From assembly GCA_963812155.1 (NCBI GenBank), contig CAWETW010000003.1, positions 256,001 to 320,000 on the forward strand: a stretch of DNA of 64,000 nucleotides. Reading direction: 5' to 3'. Each line of letters begins with the position of its first letter. Position 1 is the first letter of the stretch. A program made the position numbers and the translations under genes. Positions 28,587-37,371 of the stretch are shown here, piece after piece. The notes beneath the pieces are model-generated. The model searched no databases and was not told the DNA's origin. It saw nothing but the letters and a program-made list of their open reading frames with translations. The stretch comes from Vulcanimicrobiota bacterium (GTDB lineage: Bacteria; Vulcanimicrobiota; Vulcanimicrobiia; Vulcanimicrobiales; Vulcanimicrobiaceae).

Positions 28587-28837
28587 ATGCGCATTCGACG
28601 TTCAGCTCAGTACGCTTTGTGTGTATGCGTGGCCACAGTCACATTCACCGGCTGCAACGGCACCGCGAATGTCACTCCGTCGCCAGGCGTCGGTCTTGCA
28701 GAACGCTGAGGGACTTACGTGGCTGGAACCTGCGAAGCTTTACGAACGAAATCTTTGCTGCGAATCCGGAACGCGAGGGCAAGCAGGCCGGCGGAACATT
28801 CGGTATTCCGGCAAGCGTGACACCCAGCAGCATATGA
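28587..28837 (+). pseudogene. Remnant of a lipoprotein gene (intact signal peptide, premature stop at 28709)
   Basis: MRIRRSAQYALCVCVATVTFTGCNG... stops after 40 aa; a protein-like fragment follows in another frame. Confidence 0.45.
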
Positions 28838-28909
28838 GGCGTTAAAAGCAGGAGAAGTCCGGCGCACTGCTGACCACGTAAAGGCGTTCCTCACTTTGGA
28901 GGTTTTAAA

Positions 28910-30085
28910 ATGCGTCGTTCTTCAATTCTCTTAGCGCTTGGTCTCGGCGCCATGGTCGGCTGTTCGCAACACGCTACGTCATCGCCGCTTCCGGTCGCGC
29001 CGCAGAGCCTTGCGATGGAGCGTCCGGCTGTTGTATTCAAGTCCCTCTACAGCTTCGCCGGCACCCCGGACGGTGCAAACCCGTTGGCGACGCTGGTCGC
29101 TGTGAACGGCACGCTCTACAGCACGACCTACGAAGGTGGTAAAAGCGGCTTAGGAACCGTCTTCAAGGTGAGCACGTCTGGTATGGAACGCGTCCTCCAC
29201 AATTTCAGCGGCGTCGCCCCGAACGGCGCAAACCCGTCGGCGGGACTACTCGCGGTGAATGGCGCGCTTTATGGCACGACATCGACCGGTGGTAAAAGCG
29301 GCTTCGGAACCATCTTCAAGATAAGCACGACAGGATTCCAACACGTTCTCTACAGCTTCGCCGGCACGCCGGATGGAGCAAACCCCTACGCACGCTTGAT
29401 CTCCTTGAACGGCACGCTTTACGGTACGACCTACGAAGGTGGTAAAAGCGGATTCGGAACTGTCTTTAAGGTGAGCACTGCCGGCGTGGAACGCGTCATC
29501 TACAGTTTCAAAGGCGCGCAGGATGGCGCAAACCCGGCCGCCGGGCTGACCGTCGTGAACGGCACGCTTTACGGCACGACGTATCGCGGTGGTACGAGCT
29601 CCAACGGAACCGTCTTCAAGGTGAGCGCGTCCGGCACCGAACACGCCCTTTACAGCTTCAACGGAACGCCGGACGGCGCCAACCCGTATGCGGGCTTGAC
29701 CGCCCTGAACGGCACGCTTTACGGCACGACGTACGAAGGTGGTAACAGCGGCAACGGAAGCGTCTTCAAGGTAAGCACGTCCGGCGCGGAACACGTCCTC
29801 TACAGCTTCAAAGGCGCATCGGACGGTGCAAACCCCTATGCGGGCTTGGTCGCCCTGAACGGTACGCTCTACGGCGCGACGTTCTACGGTGGTAAGAGCA
29901 ACAATGGAACCATCTTCAAGGTGAGCACGGCTGGCACGGAAGGCGTTCTGTACAGGTTCACGGGCGTCGCACCGGACGGCGCCAACCCCTATGCGTCGCT
30001 AATCGCCATGAGCGGCACACTTTATGGCACGACGCATCAAGGGGGTAGCAGCGGCAACGGAATCGTCTTCAAGTTGACACCGTAG
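28910..30085 (+). CDS. GloVer tandem-repeat beta-propeller lipoprotein (paralog of 26506-27693)
   Basis: Lipobox MVGC; seven near-identical repeats; same FKLTP C-terminus. Confidence 0.85.
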   Translation: MRRSSILLALGLGAMVGCSQHATSSPLPVAPQSLAMERPAVVFKSLYSFAGTPDGANPLATLVAVNGTLYSTTYEGGKSGLGTVFKVSTSGMERVLHNFSGVAPNGANPSAGLLAVNGALYGTTSTGGKSGFGTIFKISTTGFQHVLYSFAGTPDGANPYARLISLNGTLYGTTYEGGKSGFGTVFKVSTAGVERVIYSFKGAQDGANPAAGLTVVNGTLYGTTYRGGTSSNGTVFKVSASGTEHALYSFNGTPDGANPYAGLTALNGTLYGTTYEGGNSGNGSVFKVSTSGAEHVLYSFKGASDGANPYAGLVALNGTLYGATFYGGKSNNGTIFKVSTAGTEGVLYRFTGVAPDGANPYASLIAMSGTLYGTTHQGGSSGNGIVFKLTP

Positions 30086-30094
30086 GGTCCACGT

Positions 30095-30188
30095 GGGAGC
30101 GTACGGATCTGGTGGTTCGCACGGTCTTCAAAATCGCTGAGGCCGTCGCAAGGCGGCTGGTAGGTTCGATTCCTACACGCTCCCGCCA
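30095..30188 (+). tRNA. selC: tRNA-Sec (anticodon TCA)
   Basis: 8-bp acceptor GGGAGCGT/ACGCTCCC, 6-bp D stem with TGGT loop, CT-TCA-AA loop, long variable arm, 5-bp T stem GTAGG TTCGATT CCTAC, G discriminator plus CCA. Confidence 0.93.
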
Positions 30189-30256
30189 CATTTGAGCACG
30201 AATCGCGCCGCGAAATGCAGCCGCTGGTCACCTGGAGCTTCAAAAAGGGTGAAGGT

Positions 30257-30883
30257 TTATTGACCCAAAATGCCGATCGCTCGCGACGCGAGGGCAACGA
30301 TAATAAGTAGTGATATCAGACTTTGCACAATATGCAGTAGTTTCGCACGGTCGCTGAGCGGATAGATTTCGCTCGGGCTGAACGCCGTACTGGTCGTGAA
30401 CGCTAGATATAAGTAATCGATGAATGAAGGCTGCCAATCGCGCGGGATTCCATCGGCAGCATCCCCGCGAGGAAAGTGGAAATCTGCGGGCCCCTGCAAA
30501 ACTGCCGCGCGCCCGTCGGGGCCGCCGCGATCGAGGCGCCAATAGATGAGCGTAAAAAGTGCCACGTTGATCAGCCAAAGGTCGATCGCCGTCCACAACA
30601 GCACGAGTGCGTCTAAATGCAATGCCCTGTTTGCCATTTCGTAAAGCAAACGCGCTAGGATCGTGATCTCGACGCCTGCGACGACCACGGCAAACGTTAC
30701 AATCGCGTAACGCTCAAAACGTGTCCACAGAAACGCGATTAATGCTCCGCCGATCACGATTTCCGAGTATTTGGGCAGTAAGTGATAGTGTCGGGGCGTA
30801 GCAACCAGAATTATAATAATAATCACCACCATTACCGCTGGGGAGAGGCGTGACTCGCCTCGGTGTGTACTCGGTGGGCGCAT
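30257..30883 (-). CDS. DUF1345-like membrane protein
   Basis: Several TM helices; FTLIYWRLDRGGP, DFHFP, WQPSFIDYLYLAFTTSTAFSP. Confidence 0.75.
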   Translation of the reverse strand: MRPPSTHRGESRLSPAVMVVIIIIILVATPRHYHLLPKYSEIVIGGALIAFLWTRFERYAIVTFAVVVAGVEITILARLLYEMANRALHLDALVLLWTAIDLWLINVALFTLIYWRLDRGGPDGRAAVLQGPADFHFPRGDAADGIPRDWQPSFIDYLYLAFTTSTAFSPSEIYPLSDRAKLLHIVQSLISLLIIVALASRAIGILGQ

Positions 30884-30970
30884 CAGCGAGACGGTACGGG
30901 CTTTGCACAAACATCCCCTGGAGTAGGGCTGAGGATTTGAAACCTTGTTGCGAGAATCTACCCGACTATC

Positions 30971-31564
30971 GTGACGTCTCGCTTAAGTTATACCGATGCG
31001 CTCGAACAGCTGAAGGCGGGCAATATGCGGTTTGTTGCCGGCAGCCCGCGCTGCGAGCCGTATGGTCCCCGCGTCGCGGAGTTTGCCGGCGACCCACATC
31101 CTTTCGCCGTCGTTCTCGGCTGCGCCGATGCGCGCGTTCCCATCGAGACCATTTTTGATCAGGTTCCCGGGAATGTATTCGTCGTGCGAGTCGCCGGAAA
31201 TGCTGTCGACGCGAACAATCTCGGGTCGATCGAGTTTGCAGTTGACGTTCTTAAAGCGTCACTTGTCCTGGTTCTCGGGCATTCTCGGTGCGGAGCCCTC
31301 AGCGCGGCCCTGGCAAACGTGCGCGATGGCACGAGACAGCGCGGTCATATTTCGGCAATCATTGACGCTCTTGTTCCGTCGGTGCAGGCTGCGCAGGGAT
31401 TTCCCGGGGATTGGCTCGAGAACGCCATCGCGCATAACGTCGCACGCAACGTAGAGGCGATCGTCGCCCGCTCAGAGATTATCTCGGAGAAGCGTAACGC
31501 TGGAGAAGTGCAGGTGGTTGGGGGAATTTATAACGTTGCCACAGGGTGGGTCGCATTCTCATAA
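30971..31564 (+). CDS. Beta-class carbonic anhydrase
   Basis: LKAGNMRF, GCADARVP, VRVAGN, GSIEFAV, GHSRCGA zinc ligands. Confidence 0.9.
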   Translation: MTSRLSYTDALEQLKAGNMRFVAGSPRCEPYGPRVAEFAGDPHPFAVVLGCADARVPIETIFDQVPGNVFVVRVAGNAVDANNLGSIEFAVDVLKASLVLVLGHSRCGALSAALANVRDGTRQRGHISAIIDALVPSVQAAQGFPGDWLENAIAHNVARNVEAIVARSEIISEKRNAGEVQVVGGIYNVATGWVAFS

Positions 31565-31646
31565 GTTGTAAGTGAGCTGCTTCTATAGGCGCGCATACGC
31601 TGGCCGTTCGCCGGAGGCGTTTACCAGAGAACTCTAAGTCTTGCGT

Positions 31647-31976
31647 TTAGCCGATCACCAAGCGGCTTATCTTCTCATCTGCAAGCACGAAGGTGTGATC
31701 GATCCGCAGCGGCGATCCCGGAAAGATTCCCGAGACGAGAGTTGTTACGACGAGACTGTCACCGACCTGCTCAATCGCTTCGACTTCGAAGCTTGCATGA
31801 TACTGTGTTTGGGTTTCCTCAATCCAATTCCTAATCGCATCCCGGCCGCGACGTTCCACGTTTTCGTCCTCGACAAACGCATAGTCTCCGAACTGTTCGA
31901 GCGCTGATCCGGCATCGAACGCGTTTCGCGCGTTGAAGTATTCGCGAACAGATGTTGGCAAGCCCTCAATAATCAT
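31647..31976 (-). CDS. SnoaL-like/NTF2 family protein
   Basis: LPTSVREYFNARNAFD, AFVEDE, GRDAIRNW, VSGIFPGSP. Confidence 0.75.
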   Translation of the reverse strand: MIIEGLPTSVREYFNARNAFDAGSALEQFGDYAFVEDENVERRGRDAIRNWIEETQTQYHASFEVEAIEQVGDSLVVTTLVSGIFPGSPLRIDHTFVLADEKISRLVIG

Positions 31977-31979
31977 TCT

Positions 31980-32804
31980 TCACGCCTCGAAAGTGGTGCG
32001 AAATATCGGCCAGCCGATTTCCGTCAGGAGCTGACTCTCGTCGCCGGCGTCGTCATCGGTAATGACGTAATTCTCGCGGATCGGCCCCGAAACCGCGATT
32101 GCGTGCTCGACGACGTGCGTTCCGAGCGATGCGTAGGTGCGATCCGCTTCGCGTAAAGCCCCGCGATGCACCGCAATGGCGAGCTCGACCGCGGGCAATT
32201 CACAAACGAGCACATTCCCGGCCGGAGCTAATGAGCCAGCGAAGGGAACGAACACAGTTACCTCGCCGACTTCGTCAGTAAAAAGCTCCGTCGGATAAAG
32301 GCCGCCCTGCGGTCCTGCCGGCAAAACGCCCTGCACACGCAGCAAATGGCGGATCTCCTTGAACGATTCGGACCACCATGGCTCAATGTCGGGAAGACGA
32401 ACGAGCTTAGTGATCGCCGCGACGGCAAGAGCTGGAAGCGATCGATACTCGACCGCGATCGGAGCGGGATTTCCGTCGAGCAGCGAACGAAGTGACGCCA
32501 CGACTGCTTGGGTGCGTTCAAGTGCCGATTCCATTCGTTTGAGATGCTCGACGACTAACGCGTTCCTCTGGTCTACGTCAGTCGCGGCGAGAACCGCCTT
32601 GACGTGCTCCACGGGCATCTCGAGTTCACGAAATCGGCGAATAACCTGTGCTAAGGCCACCTGGCTCAGGTCGTACGATCGGTAGCCGGTGCTGGAATCG
32701 ACCTCTGAGGGCTCTAATAAGCCTAGCTCGTGATAGTGACGCAGAGCCTTCACGCTGAGGTGCGTCATCCTGGAAAAATCCCCGATCGATAGCCTGGCTG
32801 CCAT
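31980..32804 (-). CDS. MerR-family transcriptional regulator with GyrI-like effector domain (BmrR type)
   Basis: LSIGDFSRMTHLSVKALRHYHELGLL...GYRSY; C-terminal HRG...Y...GPIRENY...TEIGWP. Confidence 0.9.
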   Translation of the reverse strand: MAARLSIGDFSRMTHLSVKALRHYHELGLLEPSEVDSSTGYRSYDLSQVALAQVIRRFRELEMPVEHVKAVLAATDVDQRNALVVEHLKRMESALERTQAVVASLRSLLDGNPAPIAVEYRSLPALAVAAITKLVRLPDIEPWWSESFKEIRHLLRVQGVLPAGPQGGLYPTELFTDEVGEVTVFVPFAGSLAPAGNVLVCELPAVELAIAVHRGALREADRTYASLGTHVVEHAIAVSGPIRENYVITDDDAGDESQLLTEIGWPIFRTTFEA

Positions 32805-32810
32805 GGCTGT

Positions 32811-32841
32811 ATTCTGAAACCTCCCCCATGGGGAGAGTCAA
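32811..32841 (-). promoter_or_regulatory. MerR-type promoter with 19-bp spacer and internal dyad
   Basis: TTGACT (32841-32836), 19 nt containing CCCCATGGGG, CAGAAT (32816-32811); the ATG follows 6 nt later. Confidence 0.75.
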
Positions 32842-32880
32842 GCCCTGGGGATGATCTCGTCCAATCGGGCGTGACGTGCT

Positions 32881-33610
32881 TTACACTGGATTCTGATAAG
32901 TTTTGCGCCAGTTGTCGACGTTGAATCCAAAGACGATCATATAGATGCTGATCGAAAGCTCCGCCACGAGCGACGGCACCAAAATCAAGGGAAACAGATA
33001 ATCCTGGATCGCCGGCGCTACGAACAGACCGTAACTGTTGAGCGCGTAGCAGACTCCGCCAATCGCGGCCAACACGCCAATCCACTTCGGAAAGTAGCCG
33101 GAGCGCACCATGAGCGACCCCGTGAGGATCAGCCATACGCCGAAGAAAAGCAACCCCGCCCCAAAACCGTATTCATGCAGACGTAGAGCGAACGCTGCGA
33201 CCGCTTCGCGTTGATGCAGGTCGAACGCTTGAAGATAGCCGAGTCCCTGCGAAAAGAACAGCGCGGTGAAGTTGCACAACACGGCGTTGACGTGCCTCGA
33301 TCGCCGTGTCCATGACGTTGAACAAGAGTGCCATGAGAGCGATCGTCGGGTCGACCGAGCGGAACAAGACGTAAAATACGGTCATCGTCACGATCGAAAA
33401 GAGCCACATCGTCACCTCGCCGCCAAAGCCTAGGCGCCACAGCCAATCGAGCGTCGCCATGTTGTGAGCCGTTGCAGCGGGGTCTCCGGAAACGATGATT
33501 CTTCCGCGAACGAATATCTCGACGCAGAAGCCAACGACGATGATGAAGAGATATAGCCACCCGGCCACCCGGGCGTAAACGGGCAAGAGGGAATCGGAGC
33601 GCAGCTCCAT
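32881..33610 (-). CDS. DUF4386 family membrane protein, frameshift near 33290
   Basis: YARVAGWLYL, IIVSGDPAATAHN, GLLFFG, RSGYFPKWIG. Confidence 0.75.
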
Positions 33611-33774
33611 GTTAGATCTACGGCTCGAGCGGTGGTTTGTTTCTCACGGCGGCCGTCGGCGCGCGTCCGGCGCGGCAAGAGCGACCGCGGAGCTACGGCT
33701 TTCAACGGTCATCGATTCGCCGTTGCATGCGGGTGTAGCAGCAGCAATTGCACACGCATGAAAGGATTACAAAC

Positions 33775-34289
33775 GTGCGACTTAAGCTACTTCTTGGTAC
33801 GACTATGATCGCTGCAAGCGTCGGTCTTGCGGCATGTTCCTCCGGCGGCTCCCAGGCACTGCCCGGTGGTTCGCAGGCGCGCCGCCGCCCAGCACGCCGC
33901 CGCTCGGGCGGCCACACCAGCGGCATTTGATTGCCGTCGGCGTTCATCGCGACGCAGCTTGTCCCGCTACTGACTTTGCCTGTATAACCGTCGACTCGGT
34001 CAACGGCGGATCGCAAGGAATTTGTGCGGATGATGGAATGGGGAACTGTCTGTCAGACACCACGTTTGTCTGGACGAGTACGTTCCAAAGAACAAAAACT
34101 GGTAGACCTATCGTAAAGAATCTTAGTGCCTCGTTTGACCCGAATCCGGGCAATCCGGTGACGGATACAGTTGTCGAAACCCGACCGCTGCCCTCCAGCC
34201 ACGGCAACTATTCACGAACCCAGGTTATCACGGCTTGTTCGGATACCTCAGGCTGCCAGAGCGGCAATCTCGGGATTGCGACCCAGTAG
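33775..34289 (+). CDS. Hypothetical Cys-rich lipoprotein, frameshifted near 33880-33930
   Basis: AAAGGA RBS, GTG start, lipobox LAAC; the downstream frame carries six Cys. Confidence 0.55.
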
Positions 34290-34320
34290 GAAAGCCTACA
34301 CTCGAAACGCTTCGGACGGA

Positions 34321-34350
34321 AGAGGCTCGGCTATGCCGAGCCTCTTTTTT
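34321..34350 (+). terminator. Intrinsic terminator
   Basis: AGAGGCTCGGC TAT GCCGAGCCTCT followed by a T tract. Confidence 0.85.
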
Positions 34351-34360
34351 GTCGGCGGAA

Positions 34361-35269
34361 TTAGAACGGCCCCGGCGCCGCCGCTACGCCGGAGGGCGTG
34401 TTGTCATTCGTTAAGCCGGTGGTAATTTCTTGGACGACGTTGCCGCTTGCGATGTCGATTTCGTAGAGGGCGGCACTCCCCGGGTCGTCCACCCACAGAT
34501 CGCGGAAGTCGTGCGAAAAGTTGATATAGACCGGATCCCGGAATTCGTCGTAGACGATGCCGCATTGGCTCGTGCCCTTGCAGCGATAGACACCGGGGTT
34601 TTGCGTTGAAACGCTGGTGTACCAAAGATTCCCCTGGCCGTCGAATGCTAGGCCGTTGGGCGAACCTTCCGTGATAGGCACAACAACCGGTTTGCCCTTG
34701 CAGGCGACAAATTCGTCCACCTGCGCGTGCAGTTGCTCGTTCGTGAAACTCCAAAAGCAGTTGCCGCTCGGATCGAACGCGACACCGCTGCCTTGAAACA
34801 CGTTTGGATCTTTGAGTGTGCGGCTAGGTTTGGTCGCGCCCGAGCCAAAGACGGTCACGTTGTGCAGGTTCGACGCCGCGACGGTCTGCCCGAAGACCGC
34901 AACGTCGAGCGGTACGTTGCCGCCGTCATCGAGCGTGCGCAAAAGCGTGCGGCCCGCGGCGCATAAACGAGGACGTTCTTGGCACCCTCATTGGCTACGT
35001 AGAGAAGTCCGTCACTACCGGCGGCCACACCCTGCGGGTCCACCAACTCCTTTTTCTTCGTGCGCACGAGATGGCCGGTTTGGTCATACACCAAGCACGC
35101 GTAGGACGTCGCGTTGTGACAGGTAAACACGAACGGCCGCCGCGCTGCTGCGGTTTCGCGTCCTCCGCTTGAGGCCGGCAAGCTGCGACGGCGGCATCGC
35201 TCCGGTTCGCACTCCCGAGCCGCAACCGGCGACGATCGCGACGGCCAACAGTACCGCAAAACGTTTCAT
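34361..35269 (-). CDS. NHL/SMP-30-like beta-propeller lipoprotein, frameshifted near 34960-35170
   Basis: GGAG RBS, lipobox VAGC; repeats DPQGVAAGSDGLLYVAN, GVAFDPSGN, PNGLAFDGQGNLW. Confidence 0.65.
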
Positions 35270-35290
35270 ACTCCATTCCTCATTCGACCG

Positions 35291-35467
35291 TTAGTTGACG
35301 CTAAACCACACACGCCAGGGCTCGTGCGCTCCGCAATCGGTATCCTGCGAATACATCGGCAACAGAAAGAGCGACGCGCAAAGACGGCACCACAGGAATC
35401 GTGCGCCGTCGGCGAACTTGCGAGCCTCGGCGCTATCGGGTTTTACGTAGTCGTCGTCGTCGAGCAT
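35291..35467 (-). CDS. Small hypothetical protein with CxxC...CxxH
   Basis: MLDDDDYVKPD...WCRLCASL...DCGAHEPW; an extended -10-like TGcTATCCT lies 8 nt upstream. Confidence 0.45.
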   Translation of the reverse strand: MLDDDDYVKPDSAEARKFADGARFLWCRLCASLFLLPMYSQDTDCGAHEPWRVWFSVN

Positions 35468-35739
35468 AAGGCTATAGGATAGCACCCGTGTCAAGCGTTA
35501 CCGCGCCAGCGCTTAATTCGTAAAGGCAGCGCATCTATCGCTGATCGCCGCGCCGAGCGTCACGAGATGGGATGGTGACGGCGACCGTGGCTTTTCCTCA
35601 GGAGATGTTAAGGCTGCCGTCGGCCCTTTCGGTGCCTGGCGCATGCTTCCTTGAAGGCTCGTAACGCACTCGGAAGAAAACGAGGCCTCGATCGCGACCT
35701 CATTTCTTTGAGCAGTCATTCAGGAGGAACAGGGTCAGT

Positions 35740-37302
35740 TTGCTGAGCCGAAGCCGGTTTCTGAAGTCGGGCGCTTCGGCTGCGGCGTTGGCGACGGTGG
35801 GCGCTTCGCTGCCGGGATGCTCCGTCGCCGGAGCGCCGTCGCCGAGCACCTCGTCTCTCAACGAGTTACGTTCTGCGATTCAGGGGCGCGTCATCACGCC
35901 GGCCGACGCGGCCTATGGCATCGCAAGTCAACCTTGGAACGCACGCTTTGCCGGCGTTCTTCCCGTTGCGGTAATCCTCGTCGCATCTGCCGACGACGTA
36001 GCGCAAACCATCAAGTTCGCGCGAGCACACCGGTTCGGTTTTGCGATGCGCAACGGCCGCCACAGTTTTGCCGGGTTCTCCGCGAACGCCGGGCTGATCG
36101 TCGACGTTTCGAATCTCGTTAACGTTCGGGTGGATCGCGCGGCAGAACGAGCGACGTTCGGTGCGGGCCTGACCAATTTGCCGCTGTACACGAAGTTGTG
36201 GCCGGCGCGCATGACGGTGCCGGCGGGAACGTGCCCAACCGTCGGGCTCACCGGACTGAGCGCTGCGGGTGGGTTCGGCCGGCTGTCACGCCTGTACGGC
36301 CTGACGTGCGATAATATTCTCGAACTAAAACTCGTGACCGCCGCCGGCGAGGTCGTGACGGCCAGTCAACATGAAAACCCCGATCTATTGTGGGCGTGTA
36401 AGGGCGGCGGCGGCGGAAACTTCGGCGCGGTCGTCGAGTTGACGGCCCGGCTTCACCCGGTCGACATGCTCTTCACCGAGATCGTTTACACGTTCCCAAT
36501 CGCAAGTGCGGTTCGAGTCATGACGGCGTTTCAGGAATGGGTCGCCGGCCTGCCCGATCGCGGTCATTGTTGGACCGAAATCCGCACCGGCGACCCGAAA
36601 GATGGCGCCGCGGTCCTCGTCGAGTTTACGTTTGCCGGTCCGGAAAGCCGGGCACGCGCACTGGGCGAAACGCTCGTTCGCGCTGCCGGCGTCCGTCCCA
36701 GTTCGTCGTCGATTGCAACCGCGCCGTATTTATCGAGCATGCGAGACTATATCTGCGCAGGCTTGCGACCCGACGAATGCGCGTATACCGGAGTGTCATC
36801 GCACGGAGTGCTGCCGCGTCCCGCTTTTTACGCCAAATCCGATCTCATACGGACGACGTGGCCGGCGGAAGCCTTTGAAGCACTCGTCGAGGCGATCGAG
36901 CGGCGACAAGCCGACCCGGTGATGACGCCAAAGGATTATATCGGCGGCATCAATATCGGAAAGTTTGCCTTCGAAACGGCCGGCGGGGCGATTGCGCGTC
37001 CGCCCGCGATACCGGGAGCCTTCGCGCATCGCGACATTCGCTACGTCGTGCAGTATCAGTCGCGCTGGCGTCCCTTTGCGACCGACGCGGTCGCAAACGT
37101 GAATATCGCTTGGACGAATGCCGCATACGAGTCGGTTCGCCCGTGGCTTTCGGGCAGTGCGTATCAAGGATACGCCGATTCCGGCCTTCCCGATTGGCAA
37201 CGGCAATATTACGGTGCGAGCCTGCAGCGATTACGAACGATAAAACGAAAATACGATCCGGACAACGTCTTCCGTTATCCGCAATCCATTCCGCCGGCGT
37301 AG
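35740..37302 (+). CDS. FAD-binding oxidoreductase (VAO/berberine-bridge-enzyme family), Tat-type signal
   Basis: SRSRFLK signal, RNGRHSFAG and GTCPTVG (bicovalent FAD His/Cys), GGGGNFG, AYQGYAD...YYG...RL..IKRKYDPDNVF. Confidence 0.88.
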   Translation: MLSRSRFLKSGASAAALATVGASLPGCSVAGAPSPSTSSLNELRSAIQGRVITPADAAYGIASQPWNARFAGVLPVAVILVASADDVAQTIKFARAHRFGFAMRNGRHSFAGFSANAGLIVDVSNLVNVRVDRAAERATFGAGLTNLPLYTKLWPARMTVPAGTCPTVGLTGLSAAGGFGRLSRLYGLTCDNILELKLVTAAGEVVTASQHENPDLLWACKGGGGGNFGAVVELTARLHPVDMLFTEIVYTFPIASAVRVMTAFQEWVAGLPDRGHCWTEIRTGDPKDGAAVLVEFTFAGPESRARALGETLVRAAGVRPSSSSIATAPYLSSMRDYICAGLRPDECAYTGVSSHGVLPRPAFYAKSDLIRTTWPAEAFEALVEAIERRQADPVMTPKDYIGGINIGKFAFETAGGAIARPPAIPGAFAHRDIRYVVQYQSRWRPFATDAVANVNIAWTNAAYESVRPWLSGSAYQGYADSGLPDWQRQYYGASLQRLRTIKRKYDPDNVFRYPQSIPPA

Positions 37303-37371
37303 CGTACCGTGCCGCTTCGCGCGGTAAAGAGCCGGAAGGCTCGCGACCTCGCGAGCCTTCCGTTTCTTCAC

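Noticed and set aside
28587..28837. TGA at 28707 as a selenocysteine codon
   Set aside because: Read-through yields no redox motif and no convincing SECIS. I found no selenoprotein in this window.
26506..30085. About 150-bp periodic DNA repeats as a CRISPR, DGR or satellite
   Set aside because: Fully explained by in-frame GloVer protein repeats; there is no reverse transcriptase.
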